Of a DNA stretch of 64,000 bases, positions 57,197 to 64,000 are shown in pieces. Position 1 is the first letter of the stretch. The number at the start of each line of letters is the position of its first letter. Source of the stretch: a virus. A model generated the notes under the pieces. It did not search any database. It saw only the letters and a list, made by a program, of their open reading frames with translations, and was not told the origin of the DNA. The position numbers and the translations under genes are program-made. The DNA is taken from positions 40,313-104,312 of IMG/VR virus record IMGVR_UViG_3300031134_000007. One strand, 5' to 3'.

Positions 57197-57838
57197 TTAA
57201 CCAGGAATAACCAGGGTGACGTCTGCTTCAGCGAACATGGTTGCTGCAATGATCTTCTTCACACGCTGAATGTGCATTGGATCAATGACATACGTCGCAC
57301 CACCGTTTTCTTCCAGACGCACGTCACCGCAATCCATACCCGGCATTGGAATGACGATTGGATCCTGCCGACGTTTTTCCAGTGTCACCAAATGACAATA
57401 TTCAATCAGCGACTTTTCGAACGCCGTGTAATTGAACGTCACTTTCTTTGACGTGTGATAGTGCGTGGAGATGATGATGACACTATCACGTTCCAGGATC
57501 ATCAGGTGACCGAGTTTACGCGCATCGTACGGGACGGTGGCATACTGCGTCAGCATGATCGGTGCAGCACGATCGTTTACAGCTTTGCCGTCTTCGCGGA
57601 CAGCTGCTTCCAACTTGATCAGCGGGGTCTGGTCATATTTCGCAATCAGCTCTTCACGACGTTTCGCATCGAGCAGGAAGTTTTCAAGAACGTAATTGTT
57701 CTTCAACCACACGGTGTTGTTGCTCAGCAGCATCACACCTTTTAATTGGGTTTGAATGGTAAATGGATTGCCAGTAGCTTCTTTCACTACGGCGGTCGGG
57801 CTGGTCACTGCTACGGGTTTAGTCATTGGGTACCTCAA
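57197..57838 (-). CDS. Hypothetical protein, possible degenerate macro domain
   Basis: Y.AFEKSL...IVIPMPGMDCG...V.KII resembles the macro C-terminal half. Confidence 0.5.
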   Translation of the reverse strand: MRYPMTKPVAVTSPTAVVKEATGNPFTIQTQLKGVMLLSNNTVWLKNNYVLENFLLDAKRREELIAKYDQTPLIKLEAAVREDGKAVNDRAAPIMLTQYATVPYDARKLGHLMILERDSVIIISTHYHTSKKVTFNYTAFEKSLIEYCHLVTLEKRRQDPIVIPMPGMDCGDVRLEENGGATYVIDPMHIQRVKKIIAATMFAEADVTLVIPG

Positions 57839-57874
57839 AGGGGAAACAAGGGGATGTTGACATCCCCAGTAAGT

Positions 57875-59551
57875 TTATTTACGGGTCAGCACATAACGGC
57901 TGTACGGCAATGGCGGTGAGACTGATTCATCCTTGAGATCTTCAGCCAGGATGGTAACATCCCATTTGCCATTGATGTCACTGCCGGTCAGTGGGAAGAA
58001 CACATCCGCATGGGTGTCGTCACTGTGGATACTGGTGAGATACACTTTCTGTGTGTCCTCCATGAACAGATCATACACTTCACCACCACCGATGACAAAG
58101 ATCTCTTTACCTTTGGCCACGCGGTTAGCCAGTAACAGCGCTTCTTCTTTGGTGGTCACGCACAGCAGGTTGTTGTAATCAACTTCATCGCCGCCGCTCA
58201 GCAGGCTCAGGTCAGCATGTTCTTCCTGGTAACGCATCACGTACTCAGGATCACGGGTCAACACGATGTTGATGCGGTTTGGCAGTGGTTTACCAATTGA
58301 CTCAAAGGTCTTACGACCCATGATCACAACGTTGCCGGTGGTGGTTTGGCGGAAGAACTGCAGATCTTCCTTAATACGCCACAGCAGATCAGAACCAATC
58401 CCAATGCCATTGGTCGGACCCACTGCAACAATCGCTGACACGGTTGACTTGTCCATGTCCGGATCGCCAAACGGCATTTCTGCTTCAGGCTGTTGAATAG
58501 GCAGCAGACCCAGCCCTGCACGGATACGCTGTTCGTTCTTGCGATACACCTCTTCCGCTTCTACCGGACGCTCATCCAACCCGAAGGTAGTAGAGATCTC
58601 CAGTGAAGAATCGGCCGCGCCCACAAAGAAACGCATTTCAGCACGGATGGCGTTTTGCGACTCCATGTAGGTATGGGTGATCATGCAGTTAATTTCAGGG
58701 TTGATGCTACCACGAACAGAAACGGTCAATCCATCCGTTAACGCCGTGAACTCATGCAGACCGAACATGTCGTTCAACATCTTGTTCAGATTCTGAGCGA
58801 GCAACGTACGCGTAGGAATATCCATCACTTCCATGTCGCCGTAGTTGACACCCAGGATCAGTTTACGATGCAGCTCCAGCAACACATTGATCAGACCGTA
58901 CTGGGTCAGGTTGCTATCCGAGAACAGTTCTTCACCACCGTCACGCAGAACAGTCAAACGTGACTGTAACGTAAAGGTGTTGTTTTCCGCCACCTCATAC
59001 TGGTAAACCACGCCATCGAAGAACACACTGCCTACCGTGTTCATGGCAACGTGATCATTGGTGGTCAGACGACTGTACAGTTCGTGTGGTGACGGTACAT
59101 GTTCGCTGTGTTTGACTTCAATCTCCTGCCACGCCTGCCCTGGGATCATGTAACGAATGGTCAGGTCATAACCGTCAGTGGTGGTCACCTCAACGTACAG
59201 GGTTCCGCCATTAACCGCCTCCGCCACATTGAGTTTGACATCCAGCCAATCTGCGGTCACGAAATCGTGCTGGCCGGTGGTTTGGTGTAAGGTGTTCATG
59301 ACCAGCGTCAGAATGCTTTCGGCAAACAGATCGGTTGGCTTAACGTAATCACGCTCAAACAACGCTTCCAGATAGACGTAGGACAGGATCTTCTTGTCGG
59401 TCCAGTGGATCGCATCACGGTCATGCACGGCACGCACCACGGTGTCATTCACATAAAGAATGACCGGCGCAATTTCGTTGTCCTCTGGATTACGGACAAT
59501 CGTCAATACCTGGTCGACAGGCGTGAAGTTTAATTCGTTGCTCATAAACAA
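57875..59551 (-). CDS. Dihydrofolate reductase fused to a ~365-aa unknown N-terminal region
   Basis: AIVAV...GIG...[43 protein letters not shown] and DVFFP motifs. Confidence 0.85.
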   Translation of the reverse strand: MFMSNELNFTPVDQVLTIVRNPEDNEIAPVILYVNDTVVRAVHDRDAIHWTDKKILSYVYLEALFERDYVKPTDLFAESILTLVMNTLHQTTGQHDFVTADWLDVKLNVAEAVNGGTLYVEVTTTDGYDLTIRYMIPGQAWQEIEVKHSEHVPSPHELYSRLTTNDHVAMNTVGSVFFDGVVYQYEVAENNTFTLQSRLTVLRDGGEELFSDSNLTQYGLINVLLELHRKLILGVNYGDMEVMDIPTRTLLAQNLNKMLNDMFGLHEFTALTDGLTVSVRGSINPEINCMITHTYMESQNAIRAEMRFFVGAADSSLEISTTFGLDERPVEAEEVYRKNEQRIRAGLGLLPIQQPEAEMPFGDPDMDKSTVSAIVAVGPTNGIGIGSDLLWRIKEDLQFFRQTTTGNVVIMGRKTFESIGKPLPNRINIVLTRDPEYVMRYQEEHADLSLLSGGDEVDYNNLLCVTTKEEALLLANRVAKGKEIFVIGGGEVYDLFMEDTQKVYLTSIHSDDTHADVFFPLTGSDINGKWDVTILAEDLKDESVSPPLPYSRYVLTRK

Positions 59552-59592
59552 TCCTTACGGGTATGGGTAATGGTTAATGGGGTTACATGAAA

Positions 59593-59602
59593 GTAATGTA
59601 GG
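59593..59602 (-). promoter_or_regulatory. Early promoter motif variant CCTACATTAC
   Basis: Identical to the copy at 44978; upstream of the DHFR fusion. Confidence 0.55.
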
Positions 59603-59609
59603 CACAAGA

Positions 59610-60218
59610 CTATTTGCGTTGTGCCAGGAACTCCACTGCACGTAGCACGGTGCTGTAGATGGGCTCACTGCGATACGGAAGATGAAAGCCGGTATCTGGC
59701 GTAAAGTCAGCAAACTCTTTATCAAAGAAGTTCACAAACGGCAACGCATAGGCGTGATCTTTTTGATACGCACATAACTGCTTTGCCATGTTGTCCCACT
59801 CTTCATCGGTAATGGCGGTTATACCGTGGTCGTAATACAACCCGGCATTGACAGACACCGCAGAACGCAACGTCCGAATGCGCCGCACAGCATCGTCCAC
59901 GTTAATGATGTTGGCTTGGATTTCTTCATTAGAAAGCCCCGCCACACGCATTCCTTTTATATCGTGTTCGATCAGCCCGTTGATATGTGCGACTGCCTCC
60001 TCGATAGTAGGGAATGTGTTCTCCATGGAGATCTTCACTTTTGGTGCGTGTTTGTGTTCACCCGCCATCAGCTTGTAGATCTCGTTAGGTACACCCGTGG
60101 GATGCTGTTTGCTAAACTGGTACAAGGTATTCCACTTCTCTTCACCGCTAAGTGAAGACGCGACGTACCAAAGTCGCTTCACCGGCTGGTCGAAATAGAA
60201 CATGATTCCGTAGAACAT
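59610..60218 (-). CDS. Protein with stand-alone NAD-ligase subdomain Ia-like module
   Basis: LYYDHGITAITDEEWD..AKQL matches LigA YY......D.EYD; no KxDG adenylation motif. Confidence 0.6.
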   Translation of the reverse strand: MFYGIMFYFDQPVKRLWYVASSLSGEEKWNTLYQFSKQHPTGVPNEIYKLMAGEHKHAPKVKISMENTFPTIEEAVAHINGLIEHDIKGMRVAGLSNEEIQANIINVDDAVRRIRTLRSAVSVNAGLYYDHGITAITDEEWDNMAKQLCAYQKDHAYALPFVNFFDKEFADFTPDTGFHLPYRSEPIYSTVLRAVEFLAQRK

Positions 60219-60220
60219 AA

Positions 60221-60592
60221 TTACCCCACGGGTTTGGTTAAGTCATACAAGACCTGATGAACACCTTTCATGCAGATATTAATGCACGTATTAATGTTCT
60301 TCGGTAAACGTGCCAACGCACTTGAACCGGGCTCAGGTGGCGGTGACATGGTTGAGGGATGAATAGGAACATAGGGGAATTCAACGGTCATCGCGCGTTC
60401 ATGATCCTGAGCATCGAAGACAGCATCAAAGCGATCTCCTATCCGGTTCATTTCCCGCTTCAACTCTTTTTGAATTCCCACCATACGCTCAGCTGTTACG
60501 TAGAGGTCGTAGTTACACACCCCCACTAGTTTCAGCTGAGGTTCCTCAGGACACGTAACATGAAATAACACACTGTACGCAATTGCTTTCAT
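60221..60592 (-). CDS. Hypothetical protein
   Basis: Start moved to ATG 60592 to remove the overlap. Confidence 0.55.
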   Translation of the reverse strand: MKAIAYSVLFHVTCPEEPQLKLVGVCNYDLYVTAERMVGIQKELKREMNRIGDRFDAVFDAQDHERAMTVEFPYVPIHPSTMSPPPEPGSSALARLPKNINTCINICMKGVHQVLYDLTKPVG

Positions 60593-60602
60593 GTCATATC
60601 CG

Positions 60603-61019
60603 TTAAAGCAGTTCGGATAACGTAGTGCACACCCAACCATCATCTTCGGTGTGTGACACCACAGGTTTATTGTAAAGCAGACCCAGCGCCTTGAAGTAAA
60701 TCGTGCGCTGCATGTCATAGCTCATTGTGTAACGATCAAATTCACCGTGTAAGGCTGAATTGATGTCGAATGGCTTGACAAAACTTATTTCGGTTACCGG
60801 CTGTACGTTATGGAGCAGGACTTGAATTGCATCCGTTTCATTGGGTGCGGCAACCACACCCATATACGTGCAGCGATCGTTATCGATACTTTGACCGGAG
60901 ATCCAGTAACTCAGAAACTCCGGCGTCGGTATCTCACGCAACATGCGATACAGCCCCGCTGATTCATCGACTGCCCAGCGGATATTCCACAACTTTAATT
61001 CGGTCATAGTGTCCTCCAT
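60603..61019 (-). CDS. Hypothetical protein
   Basis: 138-aa ORF; GGAGG RBS before the MTELK start. Confidence 0.65.
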   Translation of the reverse strand: MEDTMTELKLWNIRWAVDESAGLYRMLREIPTPEFLSYWISGQSIDNDRCTYMGVVAAPNETDAIQVLLHNVQPVTEISFVKPFDINSALHGEFDRYTMSYDMQRTIYFKALGLLYNKPVVSHTEDDGWVCTTLSELL

Positions 61020-61043
61020 ATAAAGAGTGGAATTAGTCCGCGA

Positions 61044-61520
61044 TTACATGTTCAGTACGATGTGGCGGAAATGACTGACGAAACGGTGCTGGTCGGTCTC
61101 AATACAAATCCACTCACTGTGGTCCGTAAAGAGTTTCACCTGCAGCTCCATCCGATTGATTTCCGGGCAGATAGCTAAACGAGCGCTGGTCGCAAACTTG
61201 TTCGTCTTCAACGGGATAATCACCGCATCAAACGATTCCAAGTAAGGGATCTTCAAACTCACATGTTTGTACCACTGCTCTTTGGTGTAACGGTTACGAA
61301 CGGCATTTTTAACCACCCGCACACGTTTCTGACTGTGGACAAGCTTGTGCATTTCGAACAGGTTCAGGTTGTCCGTCTGTGTTGCCACATACTGGGTGAA
61401 GCTGCGAAACATGGAAAGAAACTTTTCACGGTCAATGCCCAAGTCGTCCAGATCGGGCAGTATCTCATGGAACGACACTTCGATCGGGCACGGGTTGACG
61501 TAGTTGGGTTTGATTCTCAT
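61044..61520 (-). CDS. Hypothetical protein
   Basis: 158 aa; ATGA overlap. Confidence 0.65.
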   Translation of the reverse strand: MRIKPNYVNPCPIEVSFHEILPDLDDLGIDREKFLSMFRSFTQYVATQTDNLNLFEMHKLVHSQKRVRVVKNAVRNRYTKEQWYKHVSLKIPYLESFDAVIIPLKTNKFATSARLAICPEINRMELQVKLFTDHSEWICIETDQHRFVSHFRHIVLNM

Positions 61521-62047
61521 AACGCACCTTCAAACGCTGGGAGTTCTTTCACCGCACGGTAACGCGCCTGCAACACCGGGATAGCAGCTTCGCACTCGTA
61601 CTCCGCGACCTTAGCGATGCAGTGGTGCAGTTCCTCAGGCAACTTGAGACCGTAACGCTCAACAAAAGCTTTCACCAGGAAGGCCCCGTGGGAGTCTACC
61701 GGCATCCATTCTTCACACGCTGAACGGTACTCCAGCTCATGAATCGGGTCCAGGTCACCACGGCTCCACTCCTGGTTAGCCGACGTACCTTCCGGATACC
61801 CTTCCGGATACTGGGTGTCGTAGTCCACGCCATCGATAAGCATCCAGCAGTGGTTACGGTTAACCAGGATCGCCACGTTGTAGTTGAACTTCTCGCGCAG
61901 TACCTGACTGGCAGCAATCGCAACCAACCCACAATCGCCGCTGTTGATGGCTTTCACTGTTGCGGAGTGGTCTTCCAGTTGGCGGTCGGCGTTATACGCA
62001 ACCCAGCAACGAACCAGGTCATTTAATACGTTAGCAATGGTGCTCAT
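61517..62047 (-). CDS. Papain/transglutaminase-like Cys-His-Asp protein
   Basis: INSGDCG...NHCW.LIDG.DYD...PEG. Confidence 0.55.
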   Translation of the reverse strand: MSTIANVLNDLVRCWVAYNADRQLEDHSATVKAINSGDCGLVAIAASQVLREKFNYNVAILVNRNHCWMLIDGVDYDTQYPEGYPEGTSANQEWSRGDLDPIHELEYRSACEEWMPVDSHGAFLVKAFVERYGLKLPEELHHCIAKVAEYECEAAIPVLQARYRAVKELPAFEGAL

Positions 62048-62056
62048 GGTCTTTCC

Positions 62057-62698
62057 TTATTTAGTCAGGTCCAGGCCTAAAACTTCGGCGATGAGGGATT
62101 TGTTCGTTTCAAACACAACGCCCACATCGATCTTTGGGTTCTCGGTCATATCGTGTTTAATGGTAACGCTGCGCTCAACGTTACCGTCTACTACTGTGAA
62201 GGTAATCTTCTGTAAGAAGCCGGGGGCGGCACGACCCATGCTGTCCAGGAAGATAGAAGAGATGCGCCAGTGAATTTCCTTTCCACCAATCTCGATGTTA
62301 TCGTTATTGATGTACTGGTTATCAACAATACTGTTTAACGGCTTCATCGCCGCTTGTGCTTTGACGAGGTCAGCATCCGTCATCTTGTAATGCAGCTGCT
62401 CCATCGCGCCATGCACCACAGCCTTACGCAGCACGCTGAGATAATTCTGCGCAATGGAAGCTAGCCGATCTTCTGGCAGTGGGAACTTGTACGTGTCTTC
62501 ACGACCAAGCAAGACATCCAGGTCGTCGTTACCATCAGGACCTGGAATATAAGCCACCGCTTGATAGTACGGTTTTTCCGCATCCATCTGCCACATGTCA
62601 ACAGTAAGCCCCTGCTGGTTCCGTGTCAGGAGTTTAACGTGATTGCCTTTGTCTTCCATTGGTTGGAACTGTAACAAGGTAGTGAAATTGGTGTTCAT
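62057..62698 (-). CDS. Hypothetical protein
   Basis: 213 aa; AGGAG RBS; ATGA overlap. Confidence 0.7.
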   Translation of the reverse strand: MNTNFTTLLQFQPMEDKGNHVKLLTRNQQGLTVDMWQMDAEKPYYQAVAYIPGPDGNDDLDVLLGREDTYKFPLPEDRLASIAQNYLSVLRKAVVHGAMEQLHYKMTDADLVKAQAAMKPLNSIVDNQYINNDNIEIGGKEIHWRISSIFLDSMGRAAPGFLQKITFTVVDGNVERSVTIKHDMTENPKIDVGVVFETNKSLIAEVLGLDLTK

Positions 62699-63243
62699 TT
62701 GACAAACTCCTGATGGTACGTAGCGAAAAAGTCGATCATCTCATTCCAGGTTTGCTCTAACCCGTCGTGAATGATTTTGGACACCTCAGAGCTGGAATCA
62801 CCGATGTTGTTGTAACTCATGACGATTTGCCAGCTGGGGTAAAGTTCAGACGATAACTTGGTTCTGCCGGTGGCGGGGTCGACATCAAAGGCCCAGGATA
62901 ACAGAAAGGAACGAATCTCCGGTCGATAAAGACCCCAAGCGTCCCGGTCCAGTTTGGCCATGAACAATTCAAAGGCGTCCATTAGCCAGCCGCCTTCTTT
63001 ATTGATGACGAAGATGATGTTGCGCTTCTGCCGGTCGCTGTAGTGCTTCATGTCATTGCGGGCTTCATATTCACCCTGAGTATGACCAGAGCAAGACCAC
63101 GTACTACACACACCGGTGAACTCGTTGAACTTTTTCAGACTTTCTACAATACGCGGATCAACCCCATTAAGGTCATTTGCCAACCAATCTTCCCAACGCT
63201 GGGTGATGGTATCAAACTGCGCGTCCGTTACTACGTTGAACAT
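62695..63243 (-). CDS. TYW3-like fold protein
   Basis: VDPRI..SL..FN......STWSCSGH resembles the TYW3/Taw3 D..I......N....T.SSC.G motif. Confidence 0.5.
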   Translation of the reverse strand: MFNVVTDAQFDTITQRWEDWLANDLNGVDPRIVESLKKFNEFTGVCSTWSCSGHTQGEYEARNDMKHYSDRQKRNIIFVINKEGGWLMDAFELFMAKLDRDAWGLYRPEIRSFLLSWAFDVDPATGRTKLSSELYPSWQIVMSYNNIGDSSSEVSKIIHDGLEQTWNEMIDFFATYHQEFVK

Positions 63244-63290
63244 GCGATTCTCCTACGGGTAAAGGAACTGCCCGCCTAAGCGGGCGTGGG

Positions 63291-64000
63291 TTAACGGTTA
63301 CGCAGTAAATCTGCCAAACTGTTCAGCACAGCCGATTCAGTGTTAACCGGTTTGTGACGAGGCACGCGCACAGGAACAGCTTCCAGAATATCCTTGGCGC
63401 GTTCAGCAATGAACTTACTGTCCACCACAATCTTCGTATCCTCAGGCATGTTAGACGCATCATAGCGAAGCTGGTCAAACAACACACTGCTGATGTTAAT
63501 GAGTCGACGCGCACCAATATCTTCACCACGCTGGTTACAGTCAAACGCCAACTGAGCAATGTCTTTCACTGCTTCGTCAGTGATGTCGAAATCAACACCC
63601 TCTGCACCCATGATCGTTTTGAGTTTGGCGATTACGGACCCATGCGGTTTGTTCAAAATCTGATACAGGGAATCTTTGTCCAGCGGTTGCAGCCGCACGT
63701 GCACTGGAAGACGGCCCAGTATCTCAGCCGGGACATCGGAGACCTTGGCAATGTTGAACGCACCTGAGGCAATCCAGAGAATGTTAGCCGTGTTGATACG
63801 AAAGCTACGGTTCTTAGCACGATTGTTACCGTAGTACTGTTCCCGCTCACCCTGCATCGGAACGTCCAGCGTTACCCCGTCCAGATAGGGGAGTAAATCA
63901 CGCACTACACCAATGTTACCGACGTTACCACCAGACTTATCAACAAAGATCTTGTCAATCTCATCAATGAAGATAATGCCACGGTCTTCCACCAAACGGA
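63291..64000 (-). CDS. hslU: HslU-like AAA+ protease ATPase, C-terminal part (runs off the right edge)
   Basis: GIIFIDEIDKI, GV.RDLLP...G, IL.IASGAF, E..GRLP and DIGARRL motifs. Confidence 0.9.
   Translation of the reverse strand, partial: RLVEDRGIIFIDEIDKIFVDKSGGNVGNIGVVRDLLPYLDGVTLDVPMQGEREQYYGNNRAKNRSFRINTANILWIASGAFNIAKVSDVPAEILGRLPVHVRLQPLDKDSLYQILNKPHGSVIAKLKTIMGAEGVDFDITDEAVKDIAQLAFDCNQRGEDIGARRLINISSVLFDQLRYDASNMPEDTKIVVDSKFIAERAKDILEAVPVRVPRHKPVNTESAVLNSLADLLRNR

Noticed and set aside
59610-60218. Functional DNA ligase
   Set aside because: Too short and lacks the KxDG adenylation motif

Overview
This 64 kb window is from a phiKZ/SPN3US-like jumbo myophage (Chimalliviridae-type gene content and order; about 50% GC by eye). 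The conserved core includes tail sheath and tube, prohead protease, four split virion RNA polymerase subunits, an endolysin, a 2207-aa gp181-like tail protein with a GH19 muramidase domain, UvsX, RNase H, an SNF2-type helicase, four paralogous virion/tail-fibre-like proteins, a DHFR fusion and a partial HslU. Minus-strand accessory blocks lie at about 3.4-9.5 kb, 42.6-50.2 kb and 56.4-64 kb, preceded by a repeated CCTAYATYAC motif resembling the phiKZ early promoter. The main leads are: (1) a Macro + NADAR-like + SLOG triple-fusion protein with an adjacent degenerate SLOG gene, a candidate broad eraser of DNA ADP-ribosylation, accompanied by other NAD/ADPr-related domains elsewhere in the window; (2) an array of tiny membrane-protein genes, several missing from the ORF track, each preceded by the same CCTTAACCTGT motif at fixed spacing; (3) a family of terminator hairpins clamped by GCATAA...TTATGC; (4) a hairpin-dense 220-nt leader with mutually exclusive pairings; (5) a cluster of prohead-protease-like sites inside the vRNAP beta subunit. 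No tRNA, rRNA, CRISPR array or transposase was seen. All family assignments come from motif recognition by eye, not database searches.
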